From positions 64,001-128,000 of the IMG/VR virus record IMGVR_UViG_3300028886_000037: a stretch of 64,000 bases of DNA; one strand, 5' to 3'. Below, one piece after another: positions 38,589-47,132 of the stretch (positions are counted from its first letter, which is position 1; every line of letters begins with the position of its first letter). The notes below the pieces were generated by a model. The model ran no database searches. It was not told the origin of the DNA and saw nothing but the letters and a program-made list of their open reading frames with translations. Both the position numbers and the translations under genes were made by a program. The DNA comes from a virus (Duplodnaviria; Caudoviricetes).

Positions 38589-39484
38589 TATGCTTCCTTC
38601 GGCACGTGAGCCAAAACGTTCTTTTCGACTTGAGCACAGATCGTCTTAGCTTCATCCAGATTCTTGCACGGGATGACGCCAACGTTGCTCTGTGCGGTGA
38701 ACACGTTCATCTTCTCCAGAATCTCCTTGCAGTCGATTACGGCAGTGCAGGAACGGAGAGTGATGTAGTTGGACTTCGGATGATAGAGGAGGAAGTAGTT
38801 TACGCCCTCCAAGTCCATCTGCTTGCTGATCTCTGCCTGATATTCGTTCGCTGTGATCATTCGGCCGTTATAGCCGAGCTTGAGCTGTGCGAGAGACTCG
38901 TAATAGAGCTTCCAGTCACGTACGTGTTCAGAGAGGATGTCCTTCTCAGCCTGAGTCAGAGCTAGCTTTCCGCCAGCAGACCAGCGCTTGATGAATGTAT
39001 ACGGATTGTCGGACTTCCAGAACAGAGTGTTGAAGTGGAACGAGCGAGGATCCTTCAACTTCCAGAGTTCGAAGTCATCAGCGAGAAGAGTAACGTCCCA
39101 GTAGCGTTCGAGATCAGCCATGAAACGCTTGTAGTACATGTAGACCATCATAGCGCCAGAGTAGTCCTGATTGACGTGATAGGCTTTGTTGCCGAGAGTC
39201 TTCCACCAGTTCGCGTTCTCGTGATGGTCGAAGATTACGACGGGCTTCTTGAAGTTCTTGACGAAGTCACGGCTCTGTGTCGGAGCGATGTTCGTGAAGA
39301 TCACGACGTCTATCTTGTCGCTCTCTTCGATCATAGTCTTAGTCATCTCGTCGGGACGGCGATACGACATGAAGTATGTTTTGCAGTTCTTGTAATAGGC
39401 TTTGAGAATTACAGACGAGATTGCGCCATTGACGCTCCAAGATGTGAAATTGAGAATTCTCAAGTTACGGTCTTTAAGATCCAT
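38588..39484 (-). CDS. DHH-family phosphoesterase-like protein (several motifs degenerate)
   Basis: FDHHE, SGAM, D.W; early promoter at 39515-39543. Confidence 0.6.
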   Translation of the reverse strand: MDLKDRNLRILNFTSWSVNGAISSVILKAYYKNCKTYFMSYRRPDEMTKTMIEESDKIDVVIFTNIAPTQSRDFVKNFKKPVVIFDHHENANWWKTLGNKAYHVNQDYSGAMMVYMYYKRFMADLERYWDVTLLADDFELWKLKDPRSFHFNTLFWKSDNPYTFIKRWSAGGKLALTQAEKDILSEHVRDWKLYYESLAQLKLGYNGRMITANEYQAEISKQMDLEGVNYFLLYHPKSNYITLRSCTAVIDCKEILEKMNVFTAQSNVGVIPCKNLDEAKTICAQVEKNVLAHVPKEA

Positions 39485-39556
39485 TTTGACCTCTTTGTTT
39501 GTAGTGCATTTCTAAATATACGATTTTCGATTGATTCTGTAAACCCTTTATTAAAG

Positions 39557-39590
39557 AGAAAGGCGCAGAAATTTGACTTCCTGCGCCTTG
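39557..39590 (-). terminator. Terminator after gp32
   Basis: aaggcgcag...ctgcgcctt inverted repeat, T-rich tail on the minus strand. Confidence 0.6.
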
Positions 39591-39673
39591 TTTCGTAACC
39601 TCGTGGACCCTCTAAGATAGGAGTAAAAGAGTAAAAGAGTTGTGAGGGTTCAACCGGTTCTGTAAAGATTGTT

Positions 39674-40597
39674 TTACTTTAGGCTGTCGAGGAAGTCGTC
39701 AATTCCTTCGGAAGACGGCTTCTCAGCATACGGTTCTGCTTCGCTCTGGACAGATTCGTTCAAGGCTGCAGTGTTGCCACTGTCGATGCCCGGAATGATC
39801 GGTTCATAGGTCGGCTTGCCCTCTGCGTCGACGCCACGCTTGAACAGCTTCTCGCCGTCAACGAACTTCTCGTAGATTCCGAGAACACCCTCAAATGTTT
39901 CGTTGCTGGTGTCCTTCTCGCACGGCTTGAGTTCGAAGAGCCCATCGTCAATGGCCTGGATCTCTTCCTCTGTGAGAGGATTGTTGTTCTTGTCAGAGAT
40001 CGGCTTCTGGTCGCCGAAGTAAGAATCCTTCGGGTTCGGGCCGTACTGGCTATCCTTGGCCTTGAAGATCAGGTTTGCGCCCTTGTAGTAGTCGAAGACG
40101 TTGACGCCCGGAATGAAGCCCTTGTCTGCGTCGTTCTTGTCGGCCATCTTCTCAAGGATCTTCTCCATGATCTGGATGCCGTACTTGAAGCGGTAGACCT
40201 TGCCTTCAGTAGTCGGGTCGGCGTTATTTCTCACCACGAGGACGTTGGAAACGAACTGGCGCTTTGCCTTCTTCTTGGAGATGTCCTTCGCCTTCTCTTT
40301 CGGGAATGCGTCGAACACTGCCTTGTTCCAATCGCAGATAGGACACTTGTGACCGGCCTTGCGGAGACAGTCAACCACGTGCCACTTGCCATCGGTTCCC
40401 TTGAAGGAGTGAGTGCGGTTCTCGATGAACGGAGAAGCTTCAGTCTTCGGCTGCGGGAGCAGACGTAGTACGACTTCACATTCACCGTTGATCATCTTCG
40501 GGACAAATTCGTTCTCAATCGAAAAAGAGCTACCACTCTTCTTGGCAGCCACGTTCTTGATCTGGTCGAAATAGTTGTCGAAATTGCGTTCAATCAT
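39674..40597 (-). CDS. gp32: Single-stranded DNA-binding protein, T4 gp32-like
   Basis: LRLLP, HSFK...W....C......CPIC, NVLV...P..EGKV..FKYG, GAN; acidic DDFL tail. Confidence 0.9.
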   Translation of the reverse strand: MIERNFDNYFDQIKNVAAKKSGSSFSIENEFVPKMINGECEVVLRLLPQPKTEASPFIENRTHSFKGTDGKWHVVDCLRKAGHKCPICDWNKAVFDAFPKEKAKDISKKKAKRQFVSNVLVVRNNADPTTEGKVYRFKYGIQIMEKILEKMADKNDADKGFIPGVNVFDYYKGANLIFKAKDSQYGPNPKDSYFGDQKPISDKNNNPLTEEEIQAIDDGLFELKPCEKDTSNETFEGVLGIYEKFVDGEKLFKRGVDAEGKPTYEPIIPGIDSGNTAALNESVQSEAEPYAEKPSSEGIDDFLDSLK

Positions 40598-40710
40598 TGT
40601 TTTACCTTTATTGTACCTTTATCGTTCTTTATTGTTCTTACCGTCTCTACTGAGTGTATCTCAGCTGGACATGTTATATATAGGAATTTTTTCTAGTTCA
40701 AAATTTCGTC

Positions 40711-41412
40711 TCACGCTCTCTTGTGATACCATACGTTGCTGAGATCAAAACCGTCTTTTATGAGCCATTCCACCATCTTCAGGAAGCGCTTATACTCTTC
40801 GTCGATCTCCTTCATGTCGGTACGGATGCCGAAGCCGTCGTTTATCTTCCACAGATGCAGGTATAGATGGAGTCCGATCTTGCCGTCGCAGAGCAGATCG
40901 TAGAGCACGTTCGTCTGGTCTCTGCGAGGATTCAGGACGCTAACGTTCGTCTCTGCTGCAGCTTTAAGCACGCCCAGCTGATCCTTGAGATTCTCTGGCT
41001 TGTATAGCTCGATGCCCTCCAGCTTTCCTATCGCTTTCAGATCGACAGCGTTATACACGACTTTCTTCTTTTCGGGGTCCTTCTTAGTCGCCCTCATGTA
41101 CAGAGATCCGTCTTTCTTGCGCTTGAAGAACTTTCCGTGGAACTTTCTGATATACTCACCGACGATATAGACCTTCAGCGTCTTCATGTTCAGCAATCCG
41201 CACTCGAGCGAGTTAGCGAGATTGATGCAACGATCACGGCCGATCTGATCTATGACTGGCTGCTTTCCATAGGCTACAGCAGCCTCCATCTCCTCCTGTG
41301 CTACCGTCCATGCTGCTTCGCTGAACACGTTGCCCAGACTCAGAGACTTGCTAGTCTTCTTGATCTCTTTGTTGAAGAGATAGAGAATTGAGTATACGTC
41401 GCTTGCGTTCAT
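40711..41412 (-). CDS. Hypothetical protein, possible gp59 helicase loader by position
   Basis: Lies between the gp33-like and gp32 genes, as gp59 does in T4; sequence support is weak. Confidence 0.35.
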   Translation of the reverse strand: MNASDVYSILYLFNKEIKKTSKSLSLGNVFSEAAWTVAQEEMEAAVAYGKQPVIDQIGRDRCINLANSLECGLLNMKTLKVYIVGEYIRKFHGKFFKRKKDGSLYMRATKKDPEKKKVVYNAVDLKAIGKLEGIELYKPENLKDQLGVLKAAAETNVSVLNPRRDQTNVLYDLLCDGKIGLHLYLHLWKINDGFGIRTDMKEIDEEYKRFLKMVEWLIKDGFDLSNVWYHKRA

Positions 41413-41413
41413 A

Positions 41414-41788
41414 TCACTTGATCAGGAATTTGCTAGTTCTTTCTTGGGACATGCGGTTCTTCTTCTGGAGTTCCAGATATAGCGCGTCGTAGAGGTTAGT
41501 CTGGAGCAGCGTAAGGAGCTGTTGCTCGTCAAAGAAGTCTTCGATCAGGTACTTGCACATGTCGATCACGCTCACGCCGTGCTTACGGTGGATATACTCT
41601 AGCGTGCTGTTGAACATGATGAACGAGTTCAAGTCCTTCTTTTCGATGATGGGGATGAGACACTTCGGCAGACGAGATTCCTCGTCCAAGTCATACATGT
41701 CATATCCCTGCCGTTTCATTAGATCGAAAAACTCGGTCTTAGCGGTATCTCTCTCCAGAGCTTCTATTCTGTCATCACTGTTTACCAT
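41414..41788 (-). CDS. gp33: Late-transcription coactivator, T4 gp33-like
   Basis: LEYI....GVSVID....LIE......LL.....LYLE....N helical pattern and gene position. Confidence 0.5.
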   Translation of the reverse strand: MVNSDDRIEALERDTAKTEFFDLMKRQGYDMYDLDEESRLPKCLIPIIEKKDLNSFIMFNSTLEYIHRKHGVSVIDMCKYLIEDFFDEQQLLTLLQTNLYDALYLELQKKNRMSQERTSKFLIK

Positions 41789-41798
41789 CTTGTTCTCC

Positions 41799-43259
41799 TT
41801 ATAGGATCGAGTTTATCTTGTCTAGATCCACTTTCGCAGAAGCTACATAAGCGTTGTCGGCGACATCAGTGTTCGTCTTGTCTTCGACTGCGGCAGTCTT
41901 CTCTTCTGCTATCTGAGCGACTGGAGTGGGCGTAGGCAGAGCAGCTGGTGCAGTGTTCGTCAGCTGTGGCGTTCTTTCGCTGGGTGCAGAGTTCAAGTCG
42001 TAGATCTGCTGCTTGTCGATGCATACGCCTATCATCACTTCTGTGTTCTTGTTGTTCTTCAATCTCGTCTTAGCGACCTTGATCTTGTACATGCCGTTCT
42101 CTAGCATCGTCTGGTCCTGAGTCGTAGCGAACATAGCGTCAACCTTAGTCGTAGAGCCGAAGGAGTCTGCGATGTCCGTCAAGCCGACAGATGCGCTGTC
42201 GGCTCCTCCTCTATTGACCTGGAAGCCAGTCACCGTAGGAATGCCGAGCTTCATGCAGATAGAGCCACGCCACTCAGCTACGACCTTCTGCAGGATAGTG
42301 TTCGTGTTCAAGTTGGGGTTCGGACGACCGTTAGGAATCATACATCCGACGTAGTCCAAGAAGATGATGTCTGGAGTGAACTTTTTCTTTTCCTTCAAGT
42401 CCTTCAACAGCGTCCTGACTCTCATCGTGTTCACAGCTGCTTCCTCGAGTTCTACGATCTTCAAGTGAGTAGCTGACATGGCCTTCATCTTGTTCTTGAG
42501 AGCGACGAATGAGTTCCTGTTGAGCATCTTGAGCTGTTCCTGCGAGATGTCGCACAGGTTCTGCATCATTCTAGTAGCGATCTTAGTCTTCGAGTCTTCG
42601 AAGGTGATGTATAGCACGTTCTTTCCTCGAGCCATGATGTTGGACGCCATACAGCTCATCATCAGGGTCTTACCAATGTTAGTGCCAGCTAAGAGGCCGA
42701 TCATGACCTTGTCTGGAATGCCTCCGTTCATGAGGTTGTCGAACTCCTTGATGCCCGTAGGAATGATGTTGACAGCTTGGATCATCTCTTCATAGACTTC
42801 GTCAAGGTCGTCAACGAGGTCGAAGCCGACATCTGTGTCGAAACTGAACGACTCAGCGTCAGCCATCATCTGAGCGAACGAGTCGCCAGCTGGAGGCTCA
42901 CCGTGAGAGAATAGGTACTCTTGGACTTTAAGGGTAACTTCATACATGAGCTTCTTGCGGATGAAGTCCTGGATGTCGTCGAGGATAGACTCGCTCTGCG
43001 CCTCTTCGTCTGGAATAGCGATAGCAGCGTCAAACTCTTCAAGAACGCCCATGTCATTTCTGAGCATAGTTCTCGACTCGATGACCGATGGGAATCTGCC
43101 CCACTTCTCCATGTAGTCGATGATCTTAGATACGATAGTGCTGATATTCTCGTTTTCTCTGAACCAGTCGTCTTTCAGGAACGGAGTAACTCTGTCTCTG
43201 ACGGACTGATTAGCGTATAGTGTCTTCAAAATTAAGTGCGGAAACTGTACATTCACCAT
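41799..43259 (-). CDS. gp41: Replicative DNA helicase, T4 gp41-like
   Basis: AGTNIGKT, NVLYITFE, FLDY, QVNR, DIADSFG. Confidence 0.92.
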   Translation of the reverse strand: MVNVQFPHLILKTLYANQSVRDRVTPFLKDDWFRENENISTIVSKIIDYMEKWGRFPSVIESRTMLRNDMGVLEEFDAAIAIPDEEAQSESILDDIQDFIRKKLMYEVTLKVQEYLFSHGEPPAGDSFAQMMADAESFSFDTDVGFDLVDDLDEVYEEMIQAVNIIPTGIKEFDNLMNGGIPDKVMIGLLAGTNIGKTLMMSCMASNIMARGKNVLYITFEDSKTKIATRMMQNLCDISQEQLKMLNRNSFVALKNKMKAMSATHLKIVELEEAAVNTMRVRTLLKDLKEKKKFTPDIIFLDYVGCMIPNGRPNPNLNTNTILQKVVAEWRGSICMKLGIPTVTGFQVNRGGADSASVGLTDIADSFGSTTKVDAMFATTQDQTMLENGMYKIKVAKTRLKNNKNTEVMIGVCIDKQQIYDLNSAPSERTPQLTNTAPAALPTPTPVAQIAEEKTAAVEDKTNTDVADNAYVASAKVDLDKINSIL

Positions 43260-43333
43260 GATATACCAAAAATAGAAAAAAAAGAGACCGGAAGTTATTT
43301 ACATCCAGTCCCTTTGCAGTGAGAAGGAAAACT

Positions 43334-44644
43334 TTAGTCTTCGTTCTTGGCAGCTTCGATCTCTTCCTTGCTGTATTTCTGGAAGATTCCGGTGCCATCG
43401 AGTTCGAGATCTTCGTTCTCGTCGCCGTATTCAGATTCAAACTGAGCTTCCTCGTCGCCAGCGTTGATGACTGGCATCGTCTCGTCGGTGATCTCAGCAG
43501 CGCCGTCGATGAGAGCCATGACGTCGATAGAAGCAGAGATGAGCTTAGCGTTGACGAAGCTGTACTTGTCTTCGCAGTAGTCTACGAACTTCTGATCGAG
43601 GTAGAGCGGAACCCAGAAGGCAGCGCAGTAGAGCTCAGACTCTTTCCACATCTTCTTGACTTCGCCAGTTTCCTTGTCGACGTCGTAGTCGGTTCTAGCG
43701 TAGTAGCCCGGCTTCGGCTTAAAGACCACTTCGGCTTCAATAGCGTCGTCTAGGAGACCGAAGAACGGATCAAGACCGCCGTCATGACGAATGAGATACT
43801 TGGTCTTGAGGAATTCCTTAGCGCCACGACCCTTTTTGACGCCGACTGTAACGACCTTTCCGAGAATGTTGTCCTGAGCGTCCTTGTACTTAGCAGCAGA
43901 GGAAGCGAGGCCGATGGAGTCAGAGTTGAAGAACAAGCGCTTACCGCCAGGAATCTTGAACTTCTCGCCATACTGTTCGAGTGAGCTGTAGACGTGGTTG
44001 ATCACGAAGGTAGTGTTGCCGCAAGCGTTGATGATGTTAGCGAGCTCGTTCTTGAACTTAGCGCCAGACATGTTCACAGACGAAGAGGCCTCTTCTGCCT
44101 TCTCCATCACCTGAACTTCCACGATCGGACCCCAAGAGTCCATCAGGACGAACGTGTTCATAGCCTCTTCACGGCTCTTGCCCTTGTTGATGCGAGCGAA
44201 GATCTGCTTCAGCTCGTTGATCTTGGAGGTCTGGTAGATCACGATCTTGTCTAGATCGATGCCCAGCTGCTTGAGTAGGTCGAGGTTGATAGCGTGTTCC
44301 GTGTCGATTACGACGCATGCCATACCAGAACGGTATGCGCACTGTAGAAGGTTGTAGCCGATCAATGACTTACCGAGCTGAGAGTCAGCAGCCATAGATG
44401 TGATAGCGCCCTTCTTGATGCCGCCACGGATCTTTCCAGAGAAGACGAGGTTCAGTGAGATGACGTTGGTGTTGAGCCACTCATACTTCATCGTCTCGGG
44501 ATTGATTACGAGCTTGTTGAGCTCCTTGTCTTTCTTGATTTCCTTGATGATTTCGTCGGCCTTGCTGAATGTCGCTGGACCAGTTCCGAAGTCGTTAGTT
44601 GTAGTCTTGCCAATATCCTTTGCTTTTCTATCTTTCTTTGACAT
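43334..44644 (-). CDS. uvsX: RecA-like recombinase UvsX
   Basis: LNLVFSG, ADSQLGKS, IDTE, DSWG, INH.Y, GG. Confidence 0.88.
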   Translation of the reverse strand: MSKKDRKAKDIGKTTTNDFGTGPATFSKADEIIKEIKKDKELNKLVINPETMKYEWLNTNVISLNLVFSGKIRGGIKKGAITSMAADSQLGKSLIGYNLLQCAYRSGMACVVIDTEHAINLDLLKQLGIDLDKIVIYQTSKINELKQIFARINKGKSREEAMNTFVLMDSWGPIVEVQVMEKAEEASSSVNMSGAKFKNELANIINACGNTTFVINHVYSSLEQYGEKFKIPGGKRLFFNSDSIGLASSAAKYKDAQDNILGKVVTVGVKKGRGAKEFLKTKYLIRHDGGLDPFFGLLDDAIEAEVVFKPKPGYYARTDYDVDKETGEVKKMWKESELYCAAFWVPLYLDQKFVDYCEDKYSFVNAKLISASIDVMALIDGAAEITDETMPVINAGDEEAQFESEYGDENEDLELDGTGIFQKYSKEEIEAAKNED

Positions 44645-44746
44645 ATATTATCCTTCTCATCCGTTGTGTGGATGATAATGTAAATATACTCATTTTTGCG
44701 GAATTTTTATTTCGCGACAGCTTTTAAGAAAATCTGATTTTGAGGG

Positions 44747-44775
44747 TTTAGATTTCTCTGAAATATACTTATATT
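44747..44775 (+). promoter_or_regulatory. Early promoter (TTTAGA-N17-TATATT)
   Basis: Repeated consensus; CAAGGACC leader. Confidence 0.75.
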
Positions 44776-44803
44776 TGACATGTAAACAAAAACAACAAGG
44801 ACC

Positions 44804-45169
44804 ATGACCATGAAAAAGACTCTCACTGAAGAAGAAAAACTCCGTCGCAAGGAACGAGCTGCTGCACGTCGCGCTAAAAAGAAGGAAGCCAAGGCTGCCG
44901 AAGCGGCTAAAGAGGCTGAGAAGAAAGCTGCCCGCAAGCGTCGCGCCGAAGAGCGCAAGCGCAAGAAACGTGAAGAGAAGCTTCAGGAGAGGATCGCGTT
45001 CGACAGAAAGGAACGCCGTCTCAAAGACATCTACATCGGAAAGAATCTCCACAACACCGATCTCGAACTCATCAACTATCCGTTCTACACGACTAGCTTC
45101 AACAGCGAAGTCAAGCTCGACGTCGATGACAACAACATCATCCGCTCTGTCAAGCTCACGAGAATGTAA
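44804..45169 (+). CDS. Basic early protein (K/R/A-rich helix)
   Basis: Early promoter and leader. Confidence 0.65.
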   Translation: MTMKKTLTEEEKLRRKERAAARRAKKKEAKAAEAAKEAEKKAARKRRAEERKRKKREEKLQERIAFDRKERRLKDIYIGKNLHNTDLELINYPFYTTSFNSEVKLDVDDNNIIRSVKLTRM

Positions 45170-45183
45170 AATTCACTAAACAA

Positions 45184-45453
45184 ATGACCAACACTATGAA
45201 ACCTATCATGACTAAATCAGAACTGCTTAAGATGCTTGAACCATTGTCCGATACTGACGTCATTCAGTGTCAGGTAAACTATACGACCAGCAAGACAGAA
45301 GCGGCATATTCACAATACAAGAATACCACGGAAGTAGTTCCTATCACTGGTGTGTCTGTGGAAGAGCCTCCGAAAGGTCCTAACAGAAACCACAAGGTGT
45401 ATGTTAATGCATATAAATTGGCATATCTTCAAGTGAATGTGGAGATCGACTAA
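45184..45453 (+). CDS. Hypothetical protein
   Basis: ORF in an early island. Confidence 0.55.
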   Translation: MTNTMKPIMTKSELLKMLEPLSDTDVIQCQVNYTTSKTEAAYSQYKNTTEVVPITGVSVEEPPKGPNRNHKVYVNAYKLAYLQVNVEID

Positions 45454-45474
45454 ACTCCGAAAACTGAGGAACTT

Positions 45475-45765
45475 ATGATCAGCATTATCCAAGAAGATCG
45501 AGAGAACTACTCGTTCCTGCTAAAAGTCACCAATTACAACCACGACCAACGATGTGAAATATCTGAGGCTATTATGGCCGAAGGCGACAGCGCAGTCCAT
45601 GAGTGCGGAGATTATTGGATCGTCATCCCGAACGATGACTATACGACATGGAGCAAGATGTCAGATCTCATCCACAGTCTCATGGACAAGTACAACGATG
45701 GGTGCAACGATAACGTAGGACTTCAGCTTACTAAGGACGAAGTCATTGCATTGAGTGTCTATTAA
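45475..45765 (+). CDS. Hypothetical protein
   Basis: GAGG RBS. Confidence 0.55.
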   Translation: MISIIQEDRENYSFLLKVTNYNHDQRCEISEAIMAEGDSAVHECGDYWIVIPNDDYTTWSKMSDLIHSLMDKYNDGCNDNVGLQLTKDEVIALSVY

Positions 45766-45844
45766 AACAAAACAGGAGAAATGACTAAGTGTTAAAATTT
45801 CATATATTTAATAATGACATTTTTCAACAATAAGGATAACTAAT

Positions 45845-46663
45845 ATGAGAGAACTAGACATGAATGCAAATAGATTGAAGACAGAAGAGCAGAAGATTCA
45901 CTGGCTTGAGAACGAGATCAAGGACCTAGAATATGTCCTTTCTTCTGACTGCATTAACAGAAACCTTAAGCTGAACCAGCTTCAGATGTACAGAGAGTTT
46001 CTTGCTGTAAAGCGAGAACAAATGAATGAATCTACGAGGGAACAAGAGAAACTTGGCAAGCTTAAGGTCAGGGTTTTGGATCTTGTCTTCTGTGAGGCCT
46101 CTAACGACCCAGAACTTGTTGCTAGGGCAGATGTCGAAGTTACTAACGATGGTTCAGTCATTACCCTCAATGATCTTGACCTCAGACATAACGACTCTAC
46201 GGGAATCTACAGTATTGTCGAGCCAGAGCTTCCATCAGGCGTATGTATAAATGGATTTACATGTAGAGCAGTTACAAGTGCTGTTGCGGCTCGTTATGAA
46301 CAAATAAAGAACTCAGATGGAAAGCTTGAAAAGCTCGATACTGCTACGAGCATTGACAGGAAGGAATATGACGAATTTCTCAAAGTGATTTATGAACATT
46401 TCGACAGAGACGACATGGATATCGGTGATTGTCTCGAAGAGTGCAAGTTGAAGTTAAAGGCAGCACATGCATACATCAACTACTTAGAAGATGCTAATAA
46501 AGTAGGCAATAAAGACAAGATCAACAAGATGTTTACTGAAATGTTCGAAACTAGCATAAAATCAGTTGTCGATGACAGCTTGGCCAAGATCGAAACTACA
46601 TGCATCACTGCGTTAGATAAGTTCTGCCAGCAGATGGACTCATCCGCATACGATAAACAGTGA
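45845..46663 (+). CDS. Hypothetical protein with a possible central SpoVG-like domain
   Basis: LVARADVEV....VITLNDLDL......YSIVEP pattern; AAGGA RBS. Confidence 0.5.
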   Translation: MRELDMNANRLKTEEQKIHWLENEIKDLEYVLSSDCINRNLKLNQLQMYREFLAVKREQMNESTREQEKLGKLKVRVLDLVFCEASNDPELVARADVEVTNDGSVITLNDLDLRHNDSTGIYSIVEPELPSGVCINGFTCRAVTSAVAARYEQIKNSDGKLEKLDTATSIDRKEYDEFLKVIYEHFDRDDMDIGDCLEECKLKLKAAHAYINYLEDANKVGNKDKINKMFTEMFETSIKSVVDDSLAKIETTCITALDKFCQQMDSSAYDKQ

Positions 46664-46693
46664 TTTTTCTAGTAGTCACAAAAGGATAATCAG

Positions 46694-46726
46694 AATGCTC
46701 AAGACTAGTCTTGAGCATTTTTTTTT
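46694..46726 (+). terminator. Intrinsic terminator
   Basis: Perfect palindrome aatgctcaagactagtcttgagcatt followed by a T-run. Confidence 0.75.
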
Positions 46727-46727
46727 G

Positions 46728-46826
46728 CTAAAGTTCGTGTTCAAGTATAGAATGCAGCTCTTTGAAGGTAACTATAGACTCGATTCCATTTCTTCTTATC
46801 TTAACTTTCTGATTTTCATCACAACA
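46728..46826 (-). other. Orphan split-intein N-fragment, copy 3 (CCDENQKVKIRRNGIESIVTFKELHSILEHEL*)
   Basis: 24/32 aa identical to the IntN at the TerL C-terminus; no start codon, begins directly after the HEG-remnant TAA. Confidence 0.85.
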
Positions 46827-46995
46827 TTATCTAGTAAGTTCATACTTTAGCGTTCCGCAGTCATAGATCCTATAATACCCATGTTCGTTCATTATTTCGT
46901 GTTCAGTTTTTCCAGGGCTATATCCCATTTTTACAAGGTTGCTTTTCTGAAATTTCATTCTATTAACACGCTTATGATCGACTAATATAGATTTT
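46827..46995 (-). pseudogene. C-terminal remnant of a Hef-like homing endonuclease
   Basis: RVNRMKFQKSNLV...KTEHEIM......RIYDCGTLKYEL aligns with the C-terminus of 51299-52705; the 5' part is replaced by the island promoter. Confidence 0.8.
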
Positions 46996-47070
46996 TCTCT
47001 CGATAGAAATTTCGTGATAGTGCTCAAATCTGGTGAACAAAAAAAATATGAGAAAATCTCAATTTTGCTG

Positions 47071-47099
47071 TTTAGATTTCTCTTGAAAATACTTATATT
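47071..47099 (+). promoter_or_regulatory. Early promoter (TTTAGA-N17-TATATT)
   Basis: Repeated consensus; similar sites at 48775-48803 and 49646-49674. Confidence 0.75.
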
Positions 47100-47132
47100 A
47101 TACTTGTAAAACTCAATAAAAGGACCAGAACT

